Below are positions 8,484 through 18,150 of a stretch of 64,000 bases of DNA, in pieces. A program made the position numbers and the translations under genes. The DNA comes from Vicinamibacterales bacterium (GTDB lineage Bacteria; Acidobacteriota; Vicinamibacteria; Vicinamibacterales; UBA2999): assembly GCA_035764385.1 (NCBI GenBank), contig DASTZI010000221.1, forward strand, positions 482 through 64,481. Reading direction: 5' to 3'. The notes under the pieces are model-generated. The model saw only the letters and a program-made list of their open reading frames with translations. It did no database searches and was not told where the DNA came from. The first letter of the stretch is position 1, and the number at the start of each line of letters is the position of its first letter.

Positions 8484-10168
8484 TTGCTCATCGCGTCGAG
8501 CGCCCGGATGCCGGACCGCATGCCGTGCAGCCACGTCGACACCGTGAGCAGGATTGCACCAACGAAACAGGCCCCCATGGATGCGAGCCGCAAGCCTGGA
8601 ATCGGCCTGTGCCGCACTTGGTAATACAGATAGGTCGTTGAAGGCCATCCCACCAGCGCGATGATCGCGATGACGAGGAGCACCGCAATGACCATGAATG
8701 CGACGCCGCCATAGGATCCGGAGACGTCGCTCGGATTGTCTGCCGTGAACCGCGGGTAGCGTGCACCGAGACCGGTGGCGAGCCCGACGAGAGCGAAGCT
8801 CAAAAACAGAATCGCGACCGCCGCAACGCTCTTCAGAAACGGATCGACATCCAGCAACTCGTTGGCGGCAACGGTCAGAGTCTCGGCGAGCAACAAGACA
8901 GGAATCAATCCGATCCAGAACTTCGACCAGAGAAACTCGCGCATCTCCAACGGGGATTTGCGAACCAACCAGAAGGCACGTCCCTCGGCAGACACCATCG
9001 GGAACACAAAGCGAACCGCCACGGTGGCGAGCACGAAACCTGCCATACCAAGATTCAGCAGCGCGTAGACGTTCTTCACGAACCCGCTCATGTACGGGAT
9101 GCGGCCGAGATCGAGAACGCGGAAGTTGTAGAGGTAAATGAGGACCAGCGCGAGCAGCAGCAGGAGCTGCGACCACTGACTCACGTCACGGAGAAAGATT
9201 TTCACATCCTTGATGAAGAGCTGTTTGCGAACCGGTGACAGCGGCAGCCTGCCTGCGATCAAGTCGACGCCTCGAAAGTGAGCGAATCGTGCCTTCGGCG
9301 CTTCCTGCGAGCGGCTGTAACCGGAAAAGTGCCAGCGTTCATCGGCGACGCGAAGACCGACGCAGCAGGCGAGCGCCGTGGACCAGATCGCGCCGGCATG
9401 CATCGGATCCCAGCCGCCCTTGAGACTCGCAAACACCAGCTCGCCGGCCCAGAACGATGGCAGAAGCGGGGTGAGCGGCGACTGAAGCGAGCTGAAAAAT
9501 CCGGTGAGGTCAGGCAGCGATTCTGCGTGCATCAGCTGTTCCGGTCGGAGCATGCGCAACAGAATGACGACGCTGCCCACGAACAGGAAGCCCATCAGCA
9601 TCAGCAGGTCTCGCGCTCGCCTCGCGGGAAAGACGTTGACCAGCAGGAGCGTGGACGCGGTTCCGACAGCGACTGGAATAATCGCGAACGGCACAATGGT
9701 GAGCGCTGACGTGACGTAAAACGAAACCGGTGCACACCGCACGACTCCGACCCCGAGAAGCACGGGCGCGATGAACACGACCACCATCCACGACGACTGG
9801 GCGACGGTTTTTGCGAATCGCGCATAGAACAGCCGCCGCGACGCAATCGGCGCGGTGAGCAGAAGGCGCAGGTCGTCAGAAAGAAAGAACGTCGACAGCC
9901 CCGTGACGATCCCGCTGAAGGTCAGAAACGCCAGGAAGGTCATGAAGATCCACGAAAGCCCCAGCCGCAGCAGGTAGTCGCCCAGTTCCTCATAGCTATT
10001 GAGCTGCCAGGTCACCCAGGCGGCGGCGTAGAACAACGCGGCGAAGACTCCGATCCCCATTGCCCCAAACAGAAAGGCTCGTGTGAGATCGCCGGGTTGC
10101 CGGCGTGCAGCCCGATTCCGCGACGACCAGATCGCCGGCAGCAGCAAATAGGTGAACGCGCCTTTCAT
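8480..10168 (-). CDS. Large polytopic ABC-exporter permease
   Basis: Real start taken at MKGAFTYLLLPAIW (ATG 10168), which forms an ATGA overlap with the ATPase stop at 10165. The protein is 562 aa with many hydrophobic helices. The track's Arg/Pro-rich N-terminal extension to 10489 overlaps the ATPase gene and is rejected. Confidence 0.8.
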   Translation of the reverse strand: MKGAFTYLLLPAIWSSRNRAARRQPGDLTRAFLFGAMGIGVFAALFYAAAWVTWQLNSYEELGDYLLRLGLSWIFMTFLAFLTFSGIVTGLSTFFLSDDLRLLLTAPIASRRLFYARFAKTVAQSSWMVVVFIAPVLLGVGVVRCAPVSFYVTSALTIVPFAIIPVAVGTASTLLLVNVFPARRARDLLMLMGFLFVGSVVILLRMLRPEQLMHAESLPDLTGFFSSLQSPLTPLLPSFWAGELVFASLKGGWDPMHAGAIWSTALACCVGLRVADERWHFSGYSRSQEAPKARFAHFRGVDLIAGRLPLSPVRKQLFIKDVKIFLRDVSQWSQLLLLLALVLIYLYNFRVLDLGRIPYMSGFVKNVYALLNLGMAGFVLATVAVRFVFPMVSAEGRAFWLVRKSPLEMREFLWSKFWIGLIPVLLLAETLTVAANELLDVDPFLKSVAAVAILFLSFALVGLATGLGARYPRFTADNPSDVSGSYGGVAFMVIAVLLVIAIIALVGWPSTTYLYYQVRHRPIPGLRLASMGACFVGAILLTVSTWLHGMRSGIRALDAMSN

Positions 10169-10917
10169 ACCGCTTCTTCGAGTTCCTGGAGCGCGGACCC
10201 ACCGGTCAGGCGAAGGAACACGGACGTGAGGTGATCGTCGGCGCCGCCCGCGATCTGGCGAATTTCGTCCGCGGTCCCCTGCGCGATGATCTTTCCCTTC
10301 AGGATGATGCTGAGGCGGTGGCACATCTCCTGGGCGACTTCGAGCGTGTGGGTGCTCATGAGGATCGCAACGCCACGTTCGCTCATGCGACGGAACACGT
10401 CCTTGATCAGCCGGGCGCCCCGCGGATCGAGGCCGACCATCGGCTCGTCGACCGCCACGGCACGCGGACGATGAAGAAACGCCGCGCACATGACCAGACG
10501 CTGCTTCATACCGTGCGAGAAGCTCTCGACAAGCTCGTGTTCCACACGCCGCAGCTCAAACAAATCGAGCATCTCGTGGACGCGATCCGTGACGCCATCG
10601 CCGTCGAGTCCGTAGAGCCCCCCGTGAAAACGCAGGAACTCACCCGCGGTGAGCTTCTCGTAAATGAACGGACGATCGGGGATGAAACCGAGCGACGATT
10701 TCGCTTGCTCCGGCTCAAGCGCGACATTGTGCCCGTCCACGACGACACGACCCGACGTTGGTTTCAACAGTCCCGCAATCATGCGCAGCGTCGTCGTCTT
10801 GCCGGCGCCATTGGGACCGAGAAACCCATGAATCTCACCGGGCTGCACGTCGAGTGAGATGTCATCGACTGCGGTAAACCGGCCATACTGCTTCACGAGG
10901 TGCTCGACCGCGATCAT
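10165..10917 (-). CDS. ABC transporter ATP-binding protein
   Basis: Start at MIAVEHLVKQYG (ATG 10917), with an ATGA overlap onto the upstream stop. Walker A GPNGAGKTT, signature FSHGMKQRL, Walker B AVAVDEPMVGLD. Confidence 0.95.
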   Translation of the reverse strand: MIAVEHLVKQYGRFTAVDDISLDVQPGEIHGFLGPNGAGKTTTLRMIAGLLKPTSGRVVVDGHNVALEPEQAKSSLGFIPDRPFIYEKLTAGEFLRFHGGLYGLDGDGVTDRVHEMLDLFELRRVEHELVESFSHGMKQRLVMCAAFLHRPRAVAVDEPMVGLDPRGARLIKDVFRRMSERGVAILMSTHTLEVAQEMCHRLSIILKGKIIAQGTADEIRQIAGGADDHLTSVFLRLTGGSALQELEEAV

Positions 10918-12590
10918 CGGGTGTTCCTGTACGGGTTGAGAGAGCGAGGTTTCAGCAAGCTGCTCAACCAGCAGCAATCCGCCGCTGGCTGTTCCGGGGT
11001 CGCTGATTGAATGGGCACCGGATCCGATTGCGCGCCGACGAGGATCGGCGTCGTGTTCTCGGCAAGTTTCATGTCCAGGATGGTCATGCGGAGCCGCCCA
11101 ATCAGCGGGAGGATGGCGGCCTGTTTGTCGAGGCCACCACGGGCGAGCCGCAGATGCGTGGCATCGGCTGGAAACTCGTTGAGGGTCGGATCGACGGGCA
11201 GCCACAGGCCACGGTCGTCACCTTCATCGATATAGACCTCCGGCCACGCGTGGTAATAAAACGCGCCGCTGATGCCCCTCACATACGTCAGGCCTACGGC
11301 GATGCGAGCGGGAATGCCAATCGACCGTGCCATTGCGACGTACAGCGCGGTGTGCTCGTTGCAGTCGCCCACTTTGGTCCTCAGCACCTCGCGCGCAGAG
11401 GGGAGGCTGATCGTCGGCTTCTTGTCGAGTAGGCCGTTGACGTAGCGCGTCAACTTTTCGGCGCGTGCACGCGTGTCGACGGCGCCCGCGACGGCCTTCT
11501 CGGCCTCGGCGCGGATTTCCGGCGCGTCGCTTTCGATCAACGGCTCGGGTCTCAGGTACTCGCGAACATCTGTTTCGAGAGGGCCCGGCTCGAGCGACTG
11601 TGGATCGATCAATTCAATGGTCGATCCGCGCACCGTTTGCCCACTGCCCTGCAGATCCGCATTCGTCAGGTCCGCGCCATTCAGCTCGAGGCGCAGCAGC
11701 CTGACGTCGCGCGGCTCATCGATGCGCCGGCGCATGGCGGGGACGACGGCCGCGGCCTGCAGCAAGTCGCTCTGCACGGGTTCAGGGACGCTGAGACTCT
11801 GCGCGCGATCTGCCGACTCGCGAACGGTCATAAGTCCGAGCGGGCTTTCTTCTCGAATGACCTCTCCCGTGTCCGTGATCCACGACGTCGTGTGTAGTCC
11901 CGCGTATTCCAGATCGACGCGGAACGCCGGAAGCGGTCGCGCGCCGTCGTTTCGGACAACCTCGCGATTGCCGATCGCCACGGTGACCGGAGCATTCCGC
12001 AGCGTGGCGGGATCGAAAATCGTCCACTGCTGCCGCGAGCCCGCGACGAGCCGTCCGCCCGCAAGCAGCCGCGCAAAGTTCTGTGTGAGAACCGGCACCT
12101 CCGGAAGGTCGCGCGTTTCTGTCCGCGTGCTGCCGGCCGATGTAATCGCAATGACGAGACGCGCTCGCCCCCCGGCGCCGTCAATCGGATCCACGCGTCC
12201 TCGGACCACGATCGCGCCAGTGCCGGGGTCGAGCGAAAAATCGAACGATCGCAAGGCGAACTTCGAATCGACGCGCGCGGCCGTGTGCAGCGCGGCCGCG
12301 CTGGGTGCACCAAGCAACGACATTTGCAGGCGGCCGTCTTCCTGCAGTTCGAATCCGTCATCGCGCGGTACGGTTTGACTGACGGTGAACCCAATCTTTT
12401 CGCCGCGGTAGTACACGCCGCGCCATTCAGCGTTCGACCCGTAGCGGGCGAGGTCCGTCGCCAGATTCGCGGCCGACGGGTCGAAGTACGACCGTTTGAC
12501 CAGAATGGCCATCGACGCAATCCAGGCGACGACGATGATGGCGGAAACGGGCCGCGTGACCGACCGCGGCAGTGGCGTGAATACCGTCAT
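10914..12590 (-). CDS. Membrane-anchored transglutaminase-like (Cys-His-Asp core) protein
   Basis: GDCNEHTALYVAMARSIGIPARIAVGL...FYYHAWPEVYI is the transglutaminase-core Cys/His pattern. There is an N-terminal TM helix (VSAIIVVAWIASMAILV). The start was chosen at ATG 12590 (MTVFTPLP), preceded by GGGGGAGA. Confidence 0.85.
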   Translation of the reverse strand: MTVFTPLPRSVTRPVSAIIVVAWIASMAILVKRSYFDPSAANLATDLARYGSNAEWRGVYYRGEKIGFTVSQTVPRDDGFELQEDGRLQMSLLGAPSAAALHTAARVDSKFALRSFDFSLDPGTGAIVVRGRVDPIDGAGGRARLVIAITSAGSTRTETRDLPEVPVLTQNFARLLAGGRLVAGSRQQWTIFDPATLRNAPVTVAIGNREVVRNDGARPLPAFRVDLEYAGLHTTSWITDTGEVIREESPLGLMTVRESADRAQSLSVPEPVQSDLLQAAAVVPAMRRRIDEPRDVRLLRLELNGADLTNADLQGSGQTVRGSTIELIDPQSLEPGPLETDVREYLRPEPLIESDAPEIRAEAEKAVAGAVDTRARAEKLTRYVNGLLDKKPTISLPSAREVLRTKVGDCNEHTALYVAMARSIGIPARIAVGLTYVRGISGAFYYHAWPEVYIDEGDDRGLWLPVDPTLNEFPADATHLRLARGGLDKQAAILPLIGRLRMTILDMKLAENTTPILVGAQSDPVPIQSATPEQPAADCCWLSSLLKPRSLNPYRNTR

Positions 12591-12790
12591 GGATCTGTGA
12601 AGTCTCCCCCTATCTATCGGTCCGTTCGCGCTCGCCATGAATCTGAACCCCAGGCATTTGAGAAGCGTTACGGATCTGGCATTGCCATGCAGAATTGAGA
12701 CGCCCACGCGCCGTTCAGGGACATGAAATCAACGACTTAGTGTGGGCACGGCCGTTGCCCCTGTGGGCGCGCATGAGGACATCCATTTCT

Positions 12791-13366
12791 ATGGAAACAA
12801 CCCTGCTCCGGACGATCGCAGGGACGGGCGTGGTACTGCTGGCGATCACGGTCGCTGCGTGCGGCGGTTCCACCCAGGCCATGACGGGAACCGCACCCTC
12901 GCAGGTCTCATCCATCGCCGCAGTGGGCGGAGACGGCGGCAGCTTCAGTCTCTTGAAGGAAGGTAAGGGAAAGGGTCATTCACCCGCGCCTGAACTCGGC
13001 GCTCCCACGACGGGCGACACTCCCGAGCCGGACGACCCCGAAGGTGACGAATCCGGGGACGGCCATGGTCACGGCAAAGCCCAGATTCAGATCGAAGGGT
13101 TCACCAAGTCGATCACCGGCGACTGTCCGGCATTGACCATCGTCTTTGACGACAAAGACGAGACCACGGTCAAAACAGAAGATCTCACGACCGCATTCCA
13201 GCGCGCGACATGCAAGGCGCTGAAGGAGTCGACGGCATCATCGATTCACCTCCATATCGCCGCCACGCGATTGGAGGATGACTCATTGGTCGCGACCTAC
13301 GTTCGGATGCAGGGACCAAAGTTTGACGACAGCGACGATGCTGACGACGAGGAGACGACGAACTAA
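12791..13366 (+). CDS. Putative lipoprotein with acidic, low-complexity regions
   Basis: [27 protein letters not shown] is a signal peptide plus lipobox Cys. The protein has an Asp/Glu/Gly/His-rich linker and the tail [13 protein letters not shown]. The track ORF start at 12695 is rejected in favour of ATG 12791. Confidence 0.7.
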   Translation: METTLLRTIAGTGVVLLAITVAACGGSTQAMTGTAPSQVSSIAAVGGDGGSFSLLKEGKGKGHSPAPELGAPTTGDTPEPDDPEGDESGDGHGHGKAQIQIEGFTKSITGDCPALTIVFDDKDETTVKTEDLTTAFQRATCKALKESTASSIHLHIAATRLEDDSLVATYVRMQGPKFDDSDDADDEETTN

Positions 13367-13367
13367 T

Positions 13368-13448
13368 CGTTCGGATCGTTCGGATCGTTCGTTGCTTAGC
13401 AGTACGAACGAACCGAACGATCCGAACGTCCCGAACGACCCGAATCCT
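13368..13448. repeat. 9-mer tandem repeats forming a long imperfect inverted repeat (25-bp stem) downstream of the lipoprotein gene
   Basis: Left arm 13368-13392 is cgttcggatcgttcggatcgttcgt and right arm 13404-13428 is acgaacgaaccgaacgatccgaacg, with 1 mismatch and an 11-nt loop. The right arm continues as ccgaacgtc ccgaacgac ccgaatcc. No U-tract follows, so it is not a canonical intrinsic terminator. Confidence 0.85.
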
Positions 13449-13504
13449 CCAACATCCACCAGCCCTCAGATTCCCTAGAGTAGAATTCAGCAAGACCCAC
13501 GCCC

Positions 13505-13720
13505 GTGCGTATTACGCTCAACGGGGACCCTTACGATCTCGAGCAGCCGGTGTCGGTGCAGGAACTGCTCGAACGGCTGAACATCGATCCCCGGCGCGTT
13601 GCGGTCGAACACAACATGGTCATCGTCAAACGACACGCGTTTGCCGCAACGCTGGTCGGCGACGGCGACGAAGTCGAGATCGTCAATTTTGTCGGCGGCG
13701 GCGCCTCCAACGGGGCGTAG
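13505..13720 (+). CDS. thiS: Sulfur-carrier protein ThiS, with a 5-residue extension after the GG motif
   Basis: [66 protein letters not shown] is a typical ThiS fold and ending. The ORF then continues with ASNGA before the stop. GTG start. It lies directly upstream of thiG. Confidence 0.85.
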   Translation: MRITLNGDPYDLEQPVSVQELLERLNIDPRRVAVEHNMVIVKRHAFAATLVGDGDEVEIVNFVGGGASNGA

Positions 13721-13761
13721 TCAGACGCGCTCCGTGGGCAGGGCTTGAAGCAGGGAAGGCC

Positions 13762-14541
13762 ATGAACGATTCTCCATTCACCATTGCGGGCCGCACGTTC
13801 AAGTCGCGGCTCATCGTCGGCACCGGCAAGTACTCATCGCACCCGGTCATGGCGCAGGCGCATGCGGCCTCCGGCGCGGATATGGTGACCGTCGCGGTGC
13901 GACGTGTGAACATTTCGGACCGCAGCCGCGAATCGCTGCTCGATTACATCGACACCTCACGCATGTTCATCCTGCCGAACACTGCGGGATGTTACACGGC
14001 GGACGAGGCCGTCAGGACGGCGAGGCTCGCGCGCGAAGCCGGCCTGTCCAACTGGGTCAAGCTCGAAGTCATTGGTGACGAGCGAACGCTGTTCCCGGAC
14101 AACGAAGCGCTGGTCGAGGCCACGCGCACTCTGGTGCGCGACGGGTTCGTCGTCCTGCCGTATACCAGCGACGATCCGGTCGTGTGCCGCAAGCTCGAAG
14201 ACGCGGGGGCCGCCGCGGTGATGCCGCTCGGCGCGCCGATCGGCTCCGGCCTGGGCATTCAGAACGTCAACAACATCCGGATCATCCGCGAGTTCTCCCG
14301 AGTCCCGGTCATCGTTGATGCGGGCGTCGGCACAGCATCGGACGCGACGCTCGCCATGGAGCTCGGCGCCGATGGCGTGTTGATGAATACGGCCATTGCG
14401 GGCGCCCAGGAGCCTGTCGCGATGGCCGAAGCGATGAAATACGCGGTCACCGCCGGCCGTCTTGCGTACCTCGCAGGCCGCATCCCGAAGAAGATGTACG
14501 CGAGCGCGAGCAGCCCCGTCGAAGGACTGGTCGGCCGCTGA
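13762..14541 (+). CDS. thiG: Thiazole synthase
   Basis: [56 protein letters not shown] and [13 protein letters not shown] match ThiG across its full length. Confidence 0.95.
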   Translation: MNDSPFTIAGRTFKSRLIVGTGKYSSHPVMAQAHAASGADMVTVAVRRVNISDRSRESLLDYIDTSRMFILPNTAGCYTADEAVRTARLAREAGLSNWVKLEVIGDERTLFPDNEALVEATRTLVRDGFVVLPYTSDDPVVCRKLEDAGAAAVMPLGAPIGSGLGIQNVNNIRIIREFSRVPVIVDAGVGTASDATLAMELGADGVLMNTAIAGAQEPVAMAEAMKYAVTAGRLAYLAGRIPKKMYASASSPVEGLVGR

Positions 14542-14544
14542 TCG

Positions 14545-15804
14545 ATGACGGACGTCAAGGCAGGACCGCAGCCTTCGGCAATTCCTCCGCCCGATCGATC
14601 CCAGCTGGAACGTCTCAACACGCTCTACAGAATCATCGACCAGGCGCCGGCCGGCGCAGGGCTGAAGGCGCGCCTGGCCACCAGCGCGCGGCGCCTGCTC
14701 GGACGCATTCTGTCTCGCCAGCAGGAGTTCAACGCGGCCGTCGTTGAACACATCAATCGAAACATGGCGCTCGGTTTGGAGGCGCACCACGCGAGCGCCA
14801 ACACGATCGAATGGATGGCTGGGACCATCGATGGGTACCGGGACGCGCGCGACGAGGTCGAACGGCACCTCGAGGCGCTCCTCGCACGGGAACGACGGAA
14901 CGACACCGCCGTGCGCGCGCTGGCCGCGCAACACGAAGAACTGCGCTCGGCACTGAGCGTCGTGCAGCAGGCCGCGCACAACCTCAAGCGCGAGGTCGAG
15001 AAGGTGTCGGCTGGAAATCCCAACTCCCAAATCCCAAATTCCAAATCCCAAGAGTCGAATCCCGAATCCCGAATCCCGAATCCCGGCCTGAGTTCTCAAT
15101 TCGACGATCTCGACAGCCACAAGTACGTCGGCTTCGAAGACCAGTTCCGTGGTTCACCCGCCGACATCCGGCGGCGAGTGGAGGACTACCTGCCAGTCTT
15201 CGAGAACGCGAGCGACGTGCTGGATGTCGGGTGTGGACGCGGCGAGTTCCTCGAACTGCTGCGTGATCGCGGCGTGAGGGCCCAGGGCATCGACATCAAC
15301 CCCGCGATGGTGGAAGTGTGCAGGGGAAAGGGACTACAGGCGGAAACCGGTGACGCGCTGGCGTACCTGGGAGGGGTGCCGGACGGTTCGCTGGGCGGAC
15401 TCTTTGCGGCGCAGGTCGTCGAGCACCTCGAGCCGAGATACCTGATGCGCCTGCTCGACGCGGCGTTCGACAAGCTGCGGCCGGGCGCGCCGATCGTCCT
15501 TGAAACGATCAATCCAGCGTGCTGGTTCGCGTTCTTCGAAAGCTACATTCGCGATCTGACCCACGTCCGACCGGTGCATCCCGACACGTTGAAGTATCTA
15601 CTGGTGGCGACGGGATTCCAGCGCGTTGAAATCCGATACCAGGCGCCCTATCCAGAAGCCGACAAGCTGCAGACGCTGGCGCACGGCAGGGGCGCGCCCA
15701 CCTCGTTGGACGACATGATCGAAACCCTCAACGCGAATGTCGAGAAGATCAATCGTCTGCTGTTCACGTATCTGGATTACGCGGCGATCGGAGTTCGTGG
15801 ATGA
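14545..15804 (+). CDS. Class I SAM-dependent methyltransferase with N-terminal coiled-coil region
   Basis: YVGFEDQFRGSPADIRRRVEDYLPVF followed by VLDVGCGRGEFLELL (SAM motif I) and LFAAQVVEHL. The N-terminal ~150 aa are helical. The linker is encoded by a heptad DNA repeat (15015-15084). Confidence 0.85.
   Translation: MTDVKAGPQPSAIPPPDRSQLERLNTLYRIIDQAPAGAGLKARLATSARRLLGRILSRQQEFNAAVVEHINRNMALGLEAHHASANTIEWMAGTIDGYRDARDEVERHLEALLARERRNDTAVRALAAQHEELRSALSVVQQAAHNLKREVEKVSAGNPNSQIPNSKSQESNPESRIPNPGLSSQFDDLDSHKYVGFEDQFRGSPADIRRRVEDYLPVFENASDVLDVGCGRGEFLELLRDRGVRAQGIDINPAMVEVCRGKGLQAETGDALAYLGGVPDGSLGGLFAAQVVEHLEPRYLMRLLDAAFDKLRPGAPIVLETINPACWFAFFESYIRDLTHVRPVHPDTLKYLLVATGFQRVEIRYQAPYPEADKLQTLAHGRGAPTSLDDMIETLNANVEKINRLLFTYLDYAAIGVRG
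15015..15084 (+). repeat. 70-bp heptanucleotide tandem array inside the methyltransferase CDS
   Basis: Read directly as aaatccc aactccc aaatccc aaattcc aaatccc aagagtc gaatccc gaatccc gaatccc gaatccc, which is 10 x 7 nt with the last four copies perfect. It encodes NPNSQIPNSKSQESNPESRIPNP. Confidence 0.9.
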
Positions 15805-15809
15805 TGCCT

Positions 15810-17105
15810 CTACAAACGAAACACGTTTTCGGCGTGGATATTCTTCAGCGCATTGCGCGTATCGACGACGAGCGCGAACCGCTTCGGCATCTCGCCATAG
15901 TTGAACACCGAGTGATTGGTGCAGATCACCGCGCAATCGATATCGCCGCTGGCCGCGTCCGCCTCGGGCACCGACTTCAGCGACAAATCGCCATGTTCGA
16001 GAACCGCGACGTGAGGATCGGTGTAGCTGAGAACCGCCCCGCGGCGGTGAAGCAGTTCCAGGACGTCAAGGGCCGGTGATTCGCGCATATCGCCGACGTC
16101 CTTCTTGTACGCGATTCCGAAAATGTGGATACGCGATCCATTGATCGCCTTCTTCTGCGAATTGAGCGCCTCGCTGACCCGCTCGACGACGAACGCGGGC
16201 ATCGAGCCATTGATATGGCCAGCGAGCTCGATGAAACGGCACTCGAAGCCATTCTGCCGCGCCTTCCACGACAGATAGAAGGGATCGATCGGGATGCAGT
16301 GGCCGCCGAGACCTGGGCCCGGGAAGAACGGCATGAAACCGAACGGCTTGGTGCTCGCGGCTTCGATCACTTCCCACACGTCGATATTCATCCGGTGCGA
16401 CATCAACGCGATTTCGTTGACCAGACCGATGTTGACGGCTCGGAACGTGTTCTCGAGCAGTTTGACCATCTCGGCGACCTGCGTCGAGCTGACGGGCACA
16501 ATCGTGCTGATGATCGAACCGTACAACTCCTTGGCGAGCTCGGTGCTGATCTCGTTCACACCGCCGACGACTTTCGGGATCGTCCGCGTCGTGTAGGTCG
16601 GATTGCCGGGATCGACTCGTTCGGGCGAGAACGCCAGGTAGAAGTCCTTCCCTGCCTTGAGACCACCTTCCTCCAGCGCCGGCTGGACCACCTCGTCGGT
16701 CGTACCGGGGTACGTCGTCGATTCGAGGATAACGAGTTGGCCTGGCTTGAGCCGCGCACGCACGGCGTCGACCGCGAGCACGACGTAGGACAGATCGGGA
16801 TCGCGGGTCTTCCGCAGCGGCGTCGGGACGCAGATGTCGATCGCATCCATGTCGTGCAGCTTCGACATGTCGTCGGTCGCTGAGAGCTTGCCCGCTTTCA
16901 CGGCGGCAGCGACGTCCTTGCTCGCGACGTCGCCGATGTAGCTGTGGCCTTTGTTGATCGAGCTGACCTTGGCGACGTCCACGTCGAAGCCGGTGACCGC
17001 GAACCCCGCTTTGGCGAACTCGACGGCGAGCGGCAGCCCGACATAGCCCAGGCCGATGATGCCGATCCTGGCCTGTCTGTTCCGTATCCTGTCCCTCAGT
17101 TCCAA
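15810..17105 (-). CDS. Nucleotide-sugar 6-dehydrogenase, UDP-N-acetylhexosamine type (WbpA/TviB-like)
   Basis: IGIIGLGYVGLPLAVEFAKAG (NAD fold), ICVPTPL, FSPERVDPGN and the catalytic GPGLGGHCIPIDPFYL are typical of the UDP-GlcNAc/ManNAc dehydrogenase clade. Confidence 0.9.
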   Translation of the reverse strand: MELRDRIRNRQARIGIIGLGYVGLPLAVEFAKAGFAVTGFDVDVAKVSSINKGHSYIGDVASKDVAAAVKAGKLSATDDMSKLHDMDAIDICVPTPLRKTRDPDLSYVVLAVDAVRARLKPGQLVILESTTYPGTTDEVVQPALEEGGLKAGKDFYLAFSPERVDPGNPTYTTRTIPKVVGGVNEISTELAKELYGSIISTIVPVSSTQVAEMVKLLENTFRAVNIGLVNEIALMSHRMNIDVWEVIEAASTKPFGFMPFFPGPGLGGHCIPIDPFYLSWKARQNGFECRFIELAGHINGSMPAFVVERVSEALNSQKKAINGSRIHIFGIAYKKDVGDMRESPALDVLELLHRRGAVLSYTDPHVAVLEHGDLSLKSVPEADAASGDIDCAVICTNHSVFNYGEMPKRFALVVDTRNALKNIHAENVFRL

Positions 17106-17157
17106 GTCATCTCCGCTTCCAGCTGGAAGAATGGAAAAGTGAACAACAATCTGCTGC

Positions 17158-18141
17158 TTATCTGACGGCGACGCGCGCGGCCGGCGCCAGACGCGCGAGA
17201 TCGGCGTCCACCATCATGCCAATCAATTGCTCAAACGTGACCGATGGCGTCCATCCCAGGCGCTGGCGTCCTTTCGATGCATCGCCAATCAGATGATCGA
17301 CTTCGGCGGGCCGCATGAGAGTGGGGTCAATCCGCACGTACTTCTGCCAGTCCAGACCGGCGTGACCGAAGGCTGTTTCCGCAAGTGTCCTGACAGAGTG
17401 GCTGACGCCGGTCGCGATGACGTAATCATCGGGTTGATCCTGCTGAAGCATCAGCCACATCGCGCGCACGTAGTCGCCGGCGAACCCCCAGTCACGACAT
17501 GCATCCAGGTTGCCAAGGCTGAGGTGATCCGCAAGGCCGAGCTTGATACGAGCGACACCGTCGGTCACCTTCCGCGTCACGAACTCCACACCGCGCCGTG
17601 GCGACTCGTGGTTGAAGAGGATGCCGGAGCACGCGAACATTCCATAGCTTTCGCGATAGTTGACCGTGATGTAGTGCCCGAACACCTTCGCCACGCCGTA
17701 TGGACTGCGCGGGTAAAACGGCGTCACCTCGGTCTGCGGCACTTCGCGGACACGCCCATACATCTCGCTTGACGAGGCCTGATACAGCCGAATCCCTACA
17801 TCCACCTGACGAATCGCCTCGAGCACACGCGTGACGCCTTGTGAATTGAATTCGCCGGTCAGCAGCGGCTGGTCCCAGGACGCAGGCACAAAGGACATCG
17901 CGGCAAGGTTGTAGAACTCGTGTGGTCGCACATCGTGCACGATGCGCATGATCGACAGCTGATCGACGAGATCGGCCGGCCGCAGTGTGATGCGATCGAG
18001 CAGGTGCTCGATTCGCCAGAGATTCGGCGAACTCGAACGCCGTACGATGCCGGTGACCTCATACCCCTTTTCAAGGAGCAGTTCGGTGAGATACGAGCCG
18101 TCCTGGCCGGTAATGCCGGTAATAATTGCGCGTTTACCCAT
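17158..18141 (-). CDS. gmd: GDP-mannose 4,6-dehydratase
   Basis: [74 protein letters not shown]. Confidence 0.95.
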   Translation of the reverse strand: MGKRAIITGITGQDGSYLTELLLEKGYEVTGIVRRSSSPNLWRIEHLLDRITLRPADLVDQLSIMRIVHDVRPHEFYNLAAMSFVPASWDQPLLTGEFNSQGVTRVLEAIRQVDVGIRLYQASSSEMYGRVREVPQTEVTPFYPRSPYGVAKVFGHYITVNYRESYGMFACSGILFNHESPRRGVEFVTRKVTDGVARIKLGLADHLSLGNLDACRDWGFAGDYVRAMWLMLQQDQPDDYVIATGVSHSVRTLAETAFGHAGLDWQKYVRIDPTLMRPAEVDHLIGDASKGRQRLGWTPSVTFEQLIGMMVDADLARLAPAARVAVR

Positions 18142-18150
18142 GAGTGCTTT

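Noticed and set aside
12741-12768. Direct repeat tgtgggc ... tgtgggc spaced 21 bp apart with a small hairpin (gggcacggccgttgccc), upstream of the lipoprotein gene
   Set aside because: A 7-nt repeat and a 5-6-bp stem in GC-rich DNA are within chance expectation. There is no supporting promoter elements.
13429-13504. Looked for a TPP (THI-box) riboswitch upstream of thiS
   Set aside because: There is no CTGAGA...ACCTGA...GGATAATGCC-like core or compatible helices. The region is mostly the tail of the 9-mer repeat array.
17116-17129. Perfect 14-bp palindrome cttccagctggaag in the 52-nt gap between gmd and the dehydrogenase gene
   Set aside because: It is too short and has no loop, so it cannot form a meaningful RNA hairpin. 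As a single occurrence it could be a protein site, but the evidence is insufficient.
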